A stretch of 62,286 nt of DNA, counting the filler, from Circinaria calcarea (Eukaryota), in the NCBI GenBank assembly GCA_051942165.1. It is 11 parts of 11 records of this genome, joined end to end, with 100 filler letters (N's around TTAATTAATTAA, not from the genome) between each part and the next. Parts side by side here need not be neighbours in the genome. Positions count along the whole stretch, not along the records: positions 1 to 5,586 come from JAVECS010001856.1; positions 5,687 to 11,267 come from JAVECS010001857.1; positions 11,368 to 16,948 come from JAVECS010001858.1; 8 more parts are not named here. The stretch is one strand, 5' to 3'. Under the pieces are notes generated by a model, which was given only the letters and a program-made list of their open reading frames with translations, was not told the origin of the DNA and did not search any database. Every line of letters starts with the position of its first letter. Positions within the stretch are counted from its first letter, which is position 1. The position numbers and the translations under genes were made by a program. Below are positions 1 through 12,783 of the stretch, in pieces.

Positions 1-264
1 TTTTCCCATTCTGCGAAAGCGGCATGTGCCAACAGGTATCCTGGAGTTGATAACGCCTCTCGCTGATGCCGGATGTTGCCGCCTTCACGCAGAAATGCTG
101 GAGAGGCTATGTAGTTATCAGACAACCCGAGACGGCCACGCTCATGCAAGGACTATGACTCCAGGGGTATATGCCAACAAAGTAAAATGCAAATGCAGAG
201 TCATCATCCTCGGCGCGCATACCCAACAAGGATTACCTGCAGAGTATCCTGAAAAAGGGGCGGA

Positions 265-3200
265 TCACTTAAGTCCTTCTCCAGTATCCATGGGAGGAGC
301 CTGTGGCATGGTTTGCTGAGAACCCATATGCTGATGATGTGTCTGAGATAGCTGAGCATATCCATTGCTTGGAGTGCGATGAGATTGATGCGGGTATTGA
401 TGCTGTTGGTATGGGCTCTGGCTGATCTGACTGTAAGGCGGCGGAGGTGATGCATAACCTCGTAATGGTGTCACTTTTCGACTGTTAGTACCTGCATATA
501 CCGTTGGGGCGGAAGTTACCTACTATGTGCTGGTTGATGCTGTGCATACATCGCTTGTCCACCATGGCTGGGAGCCATGTACATCTGTGAGTGCTGTCCT
601 TGATGTGAACCTTGATTCATCATCATCGGCGCTCCTCGACCTGGGCTAGGGTACCCACTAGGCGGCTGAGGTGGTCCAGAAAACGCTGGAGGCACCCCGT
701 TATACATTGTAAACTGAGGATTGAAAGCTACCATCGGCTGCTGCATCCCCATAATCCCTCCACCAGATGGTTGTTGAACCATCATCTGCGCCGCAAGATG
801 TGGCCCTGGAGCAGCTATCATCTGGGGCCCACCAGAGTACTGGCGGAGACCGGCAGGTTGTGGTCCGTGAGGGCCTAGGAAGTACTGCGGCATTTGCTGG
901 CCATAGGCAAGTTGAGCATGCTGACCCATCGGTGATGGATAGGCTGCTATATTCATGTAATTCATGCGCGGTGACGGAGAAGCATACGCTGAAGTCTGGG
1001 ACACTGATGGACGCATATGGTGATCGTCATAATGCAGATTGTTCGGGTAATGATGTGGCTGAGTTTGTGGGTTATGAGTAACTTGATGGCCAACTTGAAC
1101 TGGCTGAGGTCCAGTCTGTAGATGTAGCGGTAGTTGGTGCTGATGGGCCATGGGCGGATTGCCTAGAGGGGTCTGCTGTGGAGTTGTGCCGTTGACAGTT
1201 GGACGTACAGCATCGAACATGTCTTTGTAGGACTTGAAGTCTTCGCCGTCCTTTGGAGGATTCCAAGTTGGTGGTGTCTTGAACGCTGGCTTAATGCCAC
1301 CATTCAATGCATACTCTTTAGTCTTCTTCTCCTTCTCTGCCTCAGCCTTGAGGTGTTTTAGAGGGTTGAAGTAGGCCGTGATCGACGGACGCTCCGATGG
1401 AGGCAGTGGCTTTCGATCTCCAAAAAATACCGAAGGACTAGGGGCACGCGATACAGAGCGCGTATTCACGCCTGATCTAGGAGATGAAGCATCACTAGGA
1501 TCTGTGACGGGTTTGAAAGTGCTCGCAGCAGGGTTGGGTTTGAACTCCATAGCTCTGACGTTGAACTTCGCAGATACTGCTGAAGATGGACTTCGTACGC
1601 CGCTCGCCTTCTGCGGACTGGATGATGAACTTGCTTGCGCTGACGGTCTGGCCGGTTGAATTCGCGCGTCTTGAATCGGTAGAGGGGCCGGCACGGTTAC
1701 ATGTATTCCAGCTTTATGCATTCTATGGGTGTCCTCGAGTCGGTGACTCAACAAACCACGTCCAGACTTGGAGGATTGGTTTGATGGCACTTGGGGAAGG
1801 TGCCGATCTTTTGAAGCTTGTGATATTTGCGCGCTGCTGGAAGGAACACCTTGACGTCCTCGTCCGCTCTGCTGCACATCAGAATTTAAAGCGACAGGCT
1901 CCACAATCCACTGAGCCGCCGCCAATGGTCTTTGTGTCTTCTGGTCTGTGCTAATGGCAAGCTTGCCCGGTACAGATCCATGCTGATCTGCGTTACGTTG
2001 AGCCTTCTCCATAATCTCCTCTTGCTTAGATTTGTCCTTTGCTAAAATTGGAACCAAATCTTTAGGAACAGGAGTGAGGAGTTTGAAGTTCTTTGAAAAC
2101 TTCATTAGATCGTTGAGCCTAATGGCTTTGTCCGCGGATGCACGATTCCTACGACTGTCTTGCACTCTCATTTTCTCTAAGTTAGCAAACTGTCGGAAAG
2201 AGTCGAGCAACTCCGTCTCAACGTTTTCAGTTGCATTTACACCTGAACCACCAATCTTACTCGAGGCGATAGGAAGTGTAGGTTTAGATAGACCATCCTT
2301 CACAGCCGCGTTGTGCCGTGACAGGTTAGACACTGGAGCTTTCTGAGCCTCGGATGATTCTGCTGGTTTTGCAGGCTGTGTTGCATCGATTGCCTGTGCC
2401 TCCTTAGGCTTAGTGCTGGAACGAGCAATCTGGGAGGAAATGATTGCTGGGTCAAGCGGCGGCCCATTCCCAGTTGGGCCGCGACTAGTCGCCAACGGCC
2501 GCCTAGCAGGTGGTGTATACTTGTTACTCTGATTCGATTGCAAAGGTGGAAAGTCATGTCCGTTGCGACGTACACCGCTGTACCTGTTCATTGCTTTAGC
2601 AGTAGCCACACCGTTTCCATAAGTCACGTACCTCTCTTCTTCATCTATCCCGTCATCTTCTAGCCGGACTCCTCGCTCCTCTTTAACATGTGCATTCGTA
2701 GAGGTGTCGCCTTCAATCTCGCGAGCAATGCGCTCTGCTTCAGCTTCTCGCATACGATGTAGTGGATGAGACTTGTCAATACGAGTGGTGTAGATGTTCT
2801 CATCGTAGTCACTCGTCAGTCCAAAGCGTTGTTCATTAGCTTTGAATTGATCCCATTCGCCACCAGACTCCATAGACATATCAGCCCCAGAATGTTGAGG
2901 AGCTTCCCACCGCTGCAGGTTTCTCTCGCGCAAGGCAAGATTGCCGGAGATGTCGGAATCAATGCGAAAGCTAGATGGGTTGGCTGATGTAACGATTAGT
3001 TAAGAGAATTGAAAATAGCGACAATACGGCATACCATCGTGGGAAGTTATGCAAGCTGCATCCGGTACGTTATCCACAGCAAAATCCACGACATCGACCG
3101 CTCCGAACATCATCTCATGGTCTGATCCTAATCCAATATATTCGATGACAGGCTCAGTGAACCCATTTGTTTGAGCCTTAGGGTTAGTGCCAGCTTGCTG

Positions 3201-3841
3201 GACCATCTTCAGGAGGTAGGACGTATCTGGCCCATCCGACTGTGAGCCTGCAAAGATCCCTCCAAAAGCTTCGCCGTTCTTCAAGGTGATGGTAACTGGA
3301 AGGCCCTATAAAGTAGGAGACGACATCAGTGACAGCAAAAGGCTTCGAGGCTGTGGATCACTGACCAAGATGGTTCCCAAGAGATAAGTCAGGCGATCGT
3401 TAGCATGCTTGTCCGGTGTGTTTGTTTCTTGGTTAGAAATATGCTTTTGTGCGGTAGATTTTGCTTGTGCTACCGCGCCATTGGATTGGGAAGGGGTATA
3501 TGCACGTTGCGTGACCGGGTTTTGACCGGACTCCCAGGCTTTTGAAGGTAAACGTCTGTATTTCATGGGAATTGTTAGCGGATAGGAGAGTCTTGCTGTC
3601 GCACCAACCCAATTGCATTGTGCGGGTGAAGCAAAAGTAATGTGTTTGGAGTGCAAGGCTTATGGGGTCAGTGAACGTACCTCTGTGAGCTGTCATCATG
3701 ACCGCCAAGTGGCTTCCGACCGCCATCGACGTTCTTTCCACTGTATGAGCTTCTTACCTGTTGGCTTTTGGGGCCGGTAGTCTTCGAAGATGCTGCATTG
3801 GCCTCCGTGTTGGCAGACCCGTTGGCTGTAGAAGTGGCCAT
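265..3841 (-). CDS. PBP1: Ataxin-2 / PAB1-binding protein (Lsm + LsmAD domains, long Pro/Gln-rich tail), 6 exons
   Basis: LsmAD signature WDQFKANEQRFGLTSDYDENIYTTRID...AERIAREIEG; Lsm segment ITLKNGEAFGGIF; PAM2-like KFNVRAMEFKPNP. Exons joined by hand in frame via GT-AG: 3841-3681, 3555-3366, 3305-3035, 2983-2632, 2583-524, 473-265. Confidence 0.92.
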
Positions 3842-4148
3842 GTTCAAGGTGGAGCTATGGCTGACAGCCACGTTCAGTTACCGGATTGCTCCTGTCCCCT
3901 CGAACGTGTGCCGAGAAGGAGAGGAGGAGAATATCGGAATAGTGTCGAGTAAGTCCTGCAGCTGCTCAGAGCACCTGGACTACCCAGACTTGCAGTGGAA
4001 GAGGACGAGGAGGAAGTTATAAGTGACCGTCGCGATCAAGGTTGTAGGATATTCACTTCAAACTACTGAGCGGGAACTAGGCGCTTTAGATGCCGACCGG
4101 CCATGAGCCGAATTGTCTAGTCGGACACACAATCTGGGGGATGGGTGG

Positions 4149-4165
4149 GTGTGTGTGTGTGTGTG
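4149..4165. repeat. (GT)n microsatellite in the divergent PBP1/BUD6 intergenic region
   Basis: Direct reading: gtgtgtgtgtgtgtgtg. Confidence 0.85.
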
Positions 4166-4536
4166 CGGAGGATGCTACCTTCAAGAGCAGGTGCCGATGA
4201 GGAAATGGATAAAGGTAAGGTGTCTGGGTGACGCTGATGGGTAAGATGAAGGAGGATCCTCTGGCAGTGCAGCCAAGTCCAGCAGCATAGGAATTAACTC
4301 TCTCAATAGAACTGTGCGTGAATGTGAAAAAGCCATTCGGCCGCTAGGAACAATAGATTCTCCGGTACCAATTGTTATCATAACCGAGCCCATGTCGAAT
4401 GCCAACTCTTTTAAGGTCCGATATGTCTTTGTAGCTGTTGTTCATTCACCAACCCGTATGACTTTCATCAACTCCTTTGAATCGATGACGCTGCAGCACA
4501 GAGGAACTCAGTCTTACTGAACGAGTCTTGTCCACC

Positions 4537-5586
4537 ATGCAGGCCCCCCAAAGCTCTCAGCGATCCAACCAGAGAAGGTCTCCTGCCGTAGATCCAAACC
4601 TGTCAGCAGCACCATCTGGACCGGTCCCGAACATCCCCAGCTCCGCTCAAGGGTCAGTGGGAACGGGGCCTCGTAGTTCTTCCGGCTCTGCGAAGTCGTC
4701 AAGTATTCAGCGGAGGAATGTAAGTAACAGCTTCCTACACATAGGCACTAGGTCTCGAAGAGAGCTGACGTCCAGGGGTAGCCATCTCAGCAATTGTCGC
4801 AGATCGAGAAGAGCGTCACTCATCTGCTGATTGCCACGAAACAACTTCTCGAAACACTCACACAATGGTCGAGACATACCGCAACAGAGGGGGAAGTCTC
4901 CGATGTCTATGTCCGGCTTGGATATGAGTTCAACATTGCCTGTCGAGCATTCACTGCGATTGGTGTTGAGACTGCCGATTTGGGGCCTGTACCCGACTTG
5001 CTGCGTGCAATCCTCGAAGATACACTAAGCCAAGATGCTAGTCCTGCTAGTCTTGATAGATTCCTGCCACGCATCCGGGACATCATAATCAGCCTGCTAC
5101 ATGGGCTAAAGAGGAAACAACAGCGGCTACGAGCTCGACACGCAAAAGAGACACCCGGAGGCAGTAATAGCCAGGCTACGAGGCAGCTCAGTGTTGGGAG
5201 TATAGGTAGCGGAGAGACTGGTATCACGCAGATTCTGGAAGATGTTCCGTCAAACAGAACTACTGGCAGGGTATCGGAGAGAAGAAACGACAGTGCAAAC
5301 TCTTTTGGGGATGAGTTCGGGGTTCCACCTCGTACATCGTCTGTTTCAAATGGTGTTGCTTCTCCACTGCGGGAAGACATCGGATTCAACGCATCAGAGC
5401 AACTTAGCCATGACAGGGGTCATGACGGGGAACGCCGCCTTCCATCCTCACTATCTGATTCGTCTCTCTCGAGTACTACAATGCAAGATCTCCCAATATT
5501 GTCACCGGACGAGTACAAACTACCTATCCAGAGAATGCCAATCCAAGAAAGCAGTTCCAGGATGACCCCTCCTCCCCCTCCTCCCC
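4537..5586 (+). CDS. BUD6: Actin-interacting / bud site selection protein (Aip3/Bud6), 5' part, truncated at contig end
   Basis: N-terminal motif SQIEKSVTHLLIATKQLLETLTQWSR...VSDVYVRLGYEFN...LPRIRDIIISLLHGLKRKQ. Exon 4537-4719, intron 4720-4781 (GTAAGT...CTGAC...TAG), frame stays open to the gap. Confidence 0.9.
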
Positions 5587-5686
5587 NNNNNNNNNNNNNN
5601 NNNNNNNNNNNNNNNNNNNNNNNNNNNNNNTTAATTAATTAANNNNNNNNNNNNNNNNNNNNNNNNNNNNNNNNNNNNNNNNNNNN
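5587..5686. other. Artificial contig spacer (first of 10 identical ones)
   Basis: N44-TTAATTAATTAA-N44 (stops in all frames). Repeated at 11268, 16949, 22626, 28303, 33979, 39645, 45310, 50971 and 56629; contig lengths never increase from 5586 to 5558. Confidence 0.99.
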
Positions 5687-5835
5687 TGGGGAAGCACCCA
5701 CAATGCTCAGTGTGGTGTCAGAGCTCAAGGCCGGAATAGCCAGAAGATTTCACCAAATATTACTTTGGATAGATGTACTGTACATGCCCCAAGACGATAT
5801 TGATGAGAAAGCAGGGCCGGCAGCCCTACGTACTC

Positions 5836-5930
5836 ATTGCACTGCACTACACTACACTGCACTACACTGCACTACACTGCGCTACACTACACTGCACTAC
5901 ACTGCACTACACTGCACTACACTGCACTAT
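5836..5930. repeat. Compound pentanucleotide repeat (ACTAC/ACTGC)n
   Basis: About 19 units read directly; source of the spurious HYTAL ORFs. Confidence 0.95.
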
Positions 5931-6080
5931 ATGGTTTAGCCAGTACAGGGGCTGATAGGAGTGGAAATAGGGGAGTAAGCTCAGGAATCTCGATTATGCT
6001 ATCTGATCTATTTTCTAACCCGTCTTTGGCTGGGGCTGGTTTCGGCCGCGTGACCCCTATGCCGTGGGATGAAGCTTCTT

Positions 6081-6872
6081 TTAACCCTTGGAGAAGGCAG
6101 TCGCCACTTGCCCAAGGATGGACAGATCTTGATAACAGCAGTCGCTCGTAAAATACATTGCAGCCAGCTCATTGACAATACCCGTATGCACCAAACTCTG
6201 CAGCGTCGCAGCTGTGCCTGTATAACTGTGCACCAGGACCACGCTCTGCTTCCTCACACCACCGCTTGGAAAGCTGTCAATAGTCGTCTGGTTCTGATAT
6301 GCGGTATAGAAATTCTCGAACTCGACGATCATTTCCGCATAGTCGAAGTACTGCAGGGCGGTCGCGCTAGTACCGGGGTTGAAGATGACCGTGGTGGCAG
6401 GAGTCGGGATGGTATCATACGCGAAGGTTGACGCGTTGCTCATGTACTGAATCAACGGGGCGAGGTTCGCAGACGGGGTCTCGTCAAAGAAGATGCCGTT
6501 CATGGAGATGTTGGCCGTAGTAGCCGTGTAGGTGGCCCAGTAGGCGTAGGTCTGGATGTCGGCCGTGACTTCGCTGTACGGGCGGTTCGTATAGTTGGTG
6601 CTGACGTAGCCGACCGTCTCGACATTCCTGTACGAGTTGAGCCGGTTGATGGCGGTGATGTAGTCACTGTTGGGATATGTGTTTGCCGGACCGGGCCCCG
6701 AGTTGGGGTTCACGATGACTTGCCAGTGGACGCTGGGGGTGGAAGCTATGGCGTTGAAGACGGGGTCCCAGGCTCCGCTTAAGGGGTAGATGTAGAGGGG
6801 GAGAAGGATTGACGTTGCTGTGGTGGCAGTGGCCCAGGCTAGGAGCACCGCTAGGCATGTTGGTAATATCAT
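6081..6872 (-). CDS. Secreted spherulin-4 family protein (GH135, Sph3-like), intronless
   Basis: Signal peptide followed by ILLPLYIYP, VIVNPNSGPG, VGYVST, GIFFDETP, VIFNPGT and VEFE motifs of the spherulin-4 fold. Confidence 0.9.
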   Translation of the reverse strand: MILPTCLAVLLAWATATTATSILLPLYIYPLSGAWDPVFNAIASTPSVHWQVIVNPNSGPGPANTYPNSDYITAINRLNSYRNVETVGYVSTNYTNRPYSEVTADIQTYAYWATYTATTANISMNGIFFDETPSANLAPLIQYMSNASTFAYDTIPTPATTVIFNPGTSATALQYFDYAEMIVEFENFYTAYQNQTTIDSFPSGGVRKQSVVLVHSYTGTAATLQSLVHTGIVNELAAMYFTSDCCYQDLSILGQVATAFSKG

Positions 6873-8414
6873 GATGAGCAAGAATAAATTGAATTTGGTG
6901 TTTTTAAAAATTCAAAGAAATTGGCAAAGAAGGCCCCTTTGAACTGTCAATTAAGCTTAACACAAAACGGGAAGCGCAGTCACAATCCCTCCCCGAATAA
7001 TCTCCGACTTTTGGAAATTTCAATGAGAGTCTTTTGGGAGGTGGTCGAAGAGCCTTTTTCAACTTAAATCAGCAGTTAGTCCCGTGTCACCTTTTTTGTC
7101 TGTCTTACCCATTAGGTTACATCCCCTCGGATCCGTGCGCGCACCTTTTACAGTAGCCACCCGCTTATGGTACCGCGTTAGCCTGATTGGTGCGAAATCC
7201 AGTGCAAATTGAATTTGGGGGTTTAAAAGAGCCTCGTATGTGCAACTTTTGCCGGGTACAGTAAGAGCTTGAGCTCCTATGTATATATATTATATATTCC
7301 CCGAGATGGGGGTGAGCCTGATCCGTTTTCAGTGTGGAAAGGGAGCAAGGCTGCTTTAAGAGGGAGCACGAGGGAGCAGGGAGGGAGAACGGGGGAGCAC
7401 GGGGAGAGCGGAGAGGGAGCAGAAAGAGTACAAGCAGCTGAATACTGCTTAATAGGGGGACAGCCTGTTACGGCTCCTCAGCTCGGTTGTACTTACCCAG
7501 TGGCCTCTCAAAGACGTCAGCCAACAACTGCTACCTAAACTCAGCCACTTCCTTTAAAGCCTAAGGATGTTACGCGTAGAGTATAATATTTTATGCTGGG
7601 TGAACGATGTTAACTGGAGCTGGACGGAGCGGCCTTAGCGTTGTCAGTGGGGACTTGAAATGTCACTTGCATTTTGAAGACTTGCCAATCTCCTTGCACA
7701 GCCGCACGAATGCTTTCTCCCTCTGTCAAAGCCTACAAACGTTTCTGAAAATCAACGGGAACGCTATTCTCAACATGGAAGGACGCTCATTCAGTGACAC
7801 AAGGCATTTCATATGCACTATTTATGCTAGTATTTTACACAATCAAGACAGTTTGATACAGTAATCCCCTCCCCTGATAACTCTGCCGCTAACTGTGCGC
7901 TAAAAGGGGCATTCCGGCAGGATACGAAGGGATAGGCTCTTGGGGATAACTAGCTAAAGACTACCAAACCTCACCGCTATATTCTGGGTTAACTAACCGA
8001 ATTGGGCGGCTATGCAGCTTTTTGCCCCACAAAAAAGCGCAGCAAAACAGCTTTATCAGCTGCCTTCAGGCCAGCCAGATCACGTTCTCGAGAGGTCTTA
8101 ACGCAACCAAGGTCTGCCTCTCCTCATTGGTTTGTTTAATCAGCGTTTAGACGCGGTCTGGCTATGCGCCTTCGTGATGGAAGGATATCCTTCTCCAATA
8201 GAACACGTAGTACGTTGATAAATTTGGACGTACAATGTAGTAAATGCGGCTCAAAATGGTTAGAACCGTCGGATTAGGCAGCCAGGAGTATCTTTGGCTT
8301 GTCCTAATGACTGGGTATTAATGCGACGGTGAGGGCAAGTTTTTTTGATGTATCTGTTCTCATTTCCTGGGTTTATTCGGTTTCCAGAGCATATCGTTAT
8401 CGTTGTTATTCACC

Positions 8415-10434
8415 ATGCCTGGATTTGACACTGGGTATCTGTATACCTACGCGCATAATCTTTCTACTCCTCGAGAATTCATTGAGACTCCTTCCCCAAA
8501 CAAAAGTATCATAGTGCTTGGAGTCAAGGGCTGCATTAATGCGGTTGGCAGTGGATATGGCCCTTTCGACCAAAAAGATATGTATGATCGCCTCTTCCTA
8601 TGGCGGGTGCCATTGATCACGCTGTGGTTGACAGCTTTGCTTCCTGCTTTCGGATTCTGGCCGAAGGTTTTCACGTTGATTCATCTGATCGCCTCCCCGA
8701 TCAGCAGTATTTGGAGTATGCTTAGCAAACTCGGACTTGCCCAGCGCACCGTCCAATGGGCTGAGGAGCTTGAAAAATCATCATCTACTACCCATTCTGG
8801 AGACAAGCTAGATGAATCAGGGCTAAACGGAGGTGGTGGAGAGCCAACGACTTCACAACCTATGACCACAGACATAGAGATGCAACAACTTCTGCGCAGC
8901 CGGCCACAGAAAGATGATGCACATGCGGAAGCCTTTTCAAGCGCCTGTGCGGTAATTATTTATGCGTATGTTGAACTGGGACTTGGTGATGAGGCAAAAA
9001 AGGCAATGAAATACTTCTTGTGAGTACTGCCTGGTCTCAAAACCTCCTTGTACACGGAACTGACCTGGTTCGAGCAGAGAGACCCAATGGAATATATCCA
9101 GTCACCATACAGCGCTGAAAAAGAAATGTAAGGACACAGCGTTTCTCGTTTCTTCTGATCGAGCTGCGCGTGTTCTACCTTCACTGGCGGCCACGGGAAC
9201 TTTCCTGGGCCTGATATTTATGGGTTTATGGAAGACGTTGGACGCGGTGGGAGACCGTTATGATGAGAGGAACCCTGTGAGCGCGGGTCTGAACAGAGCC
9301 CCACACAACATTGCCTTCGGTGTGCTGTTCTTTTGGCTTCCATTCGTGGTGCTAATGACTTGCGTCATCGGGGGATCTCAGACCTCACAGGTGGTCCCTG
9401 AAGTCTTAGAGAGTCTGAGGATAGAGTCAGAACGTCTTTGGAATGAAGACAAACTCAGTCGGTCGAATGCCCAACGTCCACCTGGGGAAAGTACAACCGA
9501 TGCCGAGCACCCACCTGGACGAAACGCAACCGATACTCAGCACCCAGCTGAAGGAATCGTAACCAATTCTTCGCAATTCCTGGGGAACAACATCAAAAGT
9601 GTTCAGAACTGTACTGAAGGAAGCGCAGCCAGCAACCAGCACCCAAGTGAAGGAAGCACAGCTGCTCATTCTTCGACAGAGCAGCCTACTATCGGCCCAG
9701 CCCAAGAAAATGAGCCATCATTCCCTAAGGTCGGAAACGAAACTTGGAGGCCAAGAGGGATGCCCGTCTGGCAGCTCGACAAATTCAAGGATTTCAGCAA
9801 AGACAGCTGGCATTTTACGTTCGCTTGCGCAGCGGTAGCTCTGTCAGTTTTAATTGTCCTTATTCCGACCATTTGCGCCATTTGCATATCTTCCCTGACT
9901 CCTCCCGACGGTTTCGGCTGCAGGGCCGCCACCATGCTAGCTTTCTTCCTCTCATGGGTATTTAATGCGGCCGTTGATTGGTTTATACGTTCATGGTTTG
10001 GCCACGAATCCAGCCAGGGCAAAAGTGACGAAGTGCGAGTTTTCCAGGCGACTCTGTGCAAGGATATCATCTTCCTGGGAGGGACTGTCACCACATTGGC
10101 TTTTGGTGCCATCGGCGTCTACAATAAGTGCAGCTGCTGGTCTAAGTGGCTGCCAACTTCGACAGGATACATCTACTTTCTCCAGGACGACCATGTCTTC
10201 CAATTGATCAAAGGCCGGCTTGGGAAAGAATTCCTCATTGCAATGTGTGCTGCACTGTTTAGCCAGCTGTTCTTCTTCGTTGTGATTTGGTTCTGGTTTC
10301 GAAAAGCTTTTCGTGTACTGGAACAACGCGACCTCCGCGAGAAATCTGATGGGGGAAGTACTTGGGACAAGGTGAAGCGATTTGGGTTGTGTGACCCTAG
10401 AGATACCGAAGCTTCTCATCCAGCTAATTTGTAA
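8415..10434 (+). CDS. Uncharacterised multi-pass membrane protein, 2 exons (start uncertain)
   Basis: ORFs 8403-9023 and 9220-10434 join in frame through intron 9020-9077 (GTGAGT...CTGAC...CAG). Several hydrophobic helices; motifs LFLWRVPL, TPPDGFGCR, GVYNKCSCW. Confidence 0.75.
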
Positions 10435-10618
10435 AATATCCCAGATTTGTATTTTTGAGGAGAGGAATATCAAGCATCACGGTGCGTGGCACTGGGATCC
10501 AGGCACGAGCATCTTAAACTATAAAGTAAACTACTTAGCAGGAAGACGCTCTCTTAAATTAATGCTAGGAGAGCCATCAAAGTGCGTTTAGATTTGCCTC
10601 AGTTCCTCAGACGTGTGG

Positions 10619-10656
10619 TGACTCCGAGAGTCTGTAGCGTAAGACTCTCGGAGTCA
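10619..10656. repeat. Perfect 15-bp inverted repeat with 8-nt loop
   Basis: TGACTCCGAGAGTCT-gtagcgta-AGACTCTCGGAGTCA. Confidence 0.9.
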
Positions 10657-10729
10657 GGCAAGCTTAGATGAAGCCTAACCGTAAGAGTACTCAGAGTGTA
10701 CAGGAACACGGAGCTTAACCGTCCGTGAT

Positions 10730-11000
10730 CCAATTAAATTTAAATATTCTAACGTATTTTGCCCGCAATGTAATAATTATTAATAATGTCGATATCTAGC
10801 TCCGGTTTCTTTTGGGAAAAAATACGATTTTTATTAAATAGTAACCGAAAGAGAGGTATGGAATATATAATTATAATATATAAAAGGTATTAAAAGCGGC
10901 GGCAAATATAAGGATCCTTTACGAATAGTATAACGATCTTACGATAAAGGTCGGTGAATTGTGTGATAATGAGCTCAATTGGTTCGCATCAGCGTATGAA
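10730..11000. mobile_element. AT/TpA-rich probable RIP-degraded repeat relic
   Basis: Abrupt shift to AT-rich, TA-rich sequence without ORFs near a contig end; family not identifiable. Confidence 0.45.
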
Positions 11001-11126
11001 CTATTGCTAAGGAGTCCTCGTGTAACACTTCACGAAGAAAACCTTTCTCGCTACGCCAGCACCTCGTGACCTCGGTGTATAGTTCCCCCGTAGGGTTCGT
11101 AGGGGGTTCTCGGGTAGAGCCCTTAC

Positions 11127-11267
11127 AAAAAGAAAAAGAAAAAGAAAAAGAAAAAGAAAAAGAAAAAGAAAAAGAAAAAGAAAAAGAAAAAGAAAAAGAA
11201 AAAGAAAAAGAAAAAGAAAAAGAAAAAGAAAAAGAAAAAGAAAAAGAAAAAGAAAAAGAAAAAGAAA
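11127..11267. repeat. (AAAAAG)n hexanucleotide repeat running into the contig break
   Basis: About 23 perfect units; explains the poly-KE ORF. Confidence 0.97.
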
Positions 11268-12783
11268 NNNNNNNNNNNNNNNNNNNNNNNNNNNNNNNNN
11301 NNNNNNNNNNNTTAATTAATTAANNNNNNNNNNNNNNNNNNNNNNNNNNNNNNNNNNNNNNNNNNNNAGATAGCGAAACTCACAAGAAATCCAAACCGGC
11401 CAAACTGCCAATGGCAATATTTAATTGGGTGCCCGTAAGGCCAAAGTACCTACCGCCAAACATCTTGCCAAGATATCCTTATGGTTTGGCACTCGAGGTA
11501 ATGCAAAAATAGAGGCAATGCTTGCCCGAAAGCAAAAGAAATAGAAATCAGAAGCAAAGGTCGGTTCGGGTTTGACACCTGAATGATGATGTACACAAAA
11601 GTTGAGATCATCACCGAAGAAGCGCCTCGGTCCTTAGCTTCGTGTTTGGTGGAGATGGACTGATCGCTGGCTGGTCTGCGGTTCCTTAGCTCGCAGGTAC
11701 ACTGTAACACCACACCACTTGGATATTATTCTAGCCCTTAGATCCCGCTCGGGGTTTGATTACCGCTCCAAATCCCGCTCTGCTTTGAACTCCAATTCAT
11801 CCTGAATTCTGCGCGCAACCTGTAAAGACGGACCATGTGGTGGTCAGTGAGGGGATATGATGCAGGGCTTCGAGGCCGTCGTCCTTCAACAGCTGTATGG
11901 TGCGCCAACTTGCGACCATTCATGATAGCGGGTGGTCCGCTGCTGGCTACTGCCGATATCGTGTGTAGGGTACTGTCATGAATTATGGGGAGCGACAGTT
12001 CAACGACGTCCTGGTTCGCTGACATGAATACTTTTGATTGCGATGCAGCACAGCTAATGCGCCCGTGAGTTGTGATTATCGGTCCCATAACGACAACAGT
12101 ATCTTATAGGATCGCCTTCTCTAGTCATCATCACGCACACTCGGAATTCCGATCGTCCTTATGGAGTATCTGCTGCTTTCCTTATCAGCGTTGCGATCAA
12201 GACCAGAACAAAATTGTGAAGAGCTGGAAACCTCCTAGGCACTCGCCTAGCCTACCAACCGGTGCACTTGCCCCCTTTGCTTCGCCTATGCATGTATATC
12301 TTATTAGTGGCAACAACGATAGTAGATGAACGTGTTGACTGAGATTCCCCGTCATCTTGACCATTGATGAATCCCACCGTGAAGCTGATGATCCCCCGTA
12401 TGGAAACAAGTAGATCCACTGGCGTATCGGAGAAAGGAAGCCAGAGTTACTCGCTTGTTGCATTTGTTCATACTGTTAGCTTTCACAGGATCCAAGCTCC
12501 AAGCTCCAAAGGTCTGAGTTTGAGTGCATTTCATTTTGTGCTATCTGTTCAGTCTGTCTCTCTATACAAGCCTAAACAACAAGACATTTGCATTCAGCCG
12601 CAACAATTGGCCAATCTCGGGTACTTATGCTACCTTCAGATCCACCAAAGATACCGATGCGTTGGCGAACTAAGGTACATGGTGATGGTTTTCTCGGCTG
12701 TTGAAAAGAGAATTGACATGGAGAAACCAGTGGATAAGGTCGTTACCTTGTCAGCATCGAGTCGAAGCCGTTGCCTGCCAAAT

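Noticed and set aside
5631..5642. Recurring TTAATTAATTAA about every 5.67 kb
   Set aside because: Synthetic all-frame stop linker embedded in Ns; not biological.
5703..6151. His/Cys/Tyr-rich repeat peptides (HYTALHCTT)
   Set aside because: Translations of a pentanucleotide microsatellite appearing in all three frames.
11066..11323. Poly-KE ORF
   Set aside because: Translation of (AAAAAG)n at a contig end.
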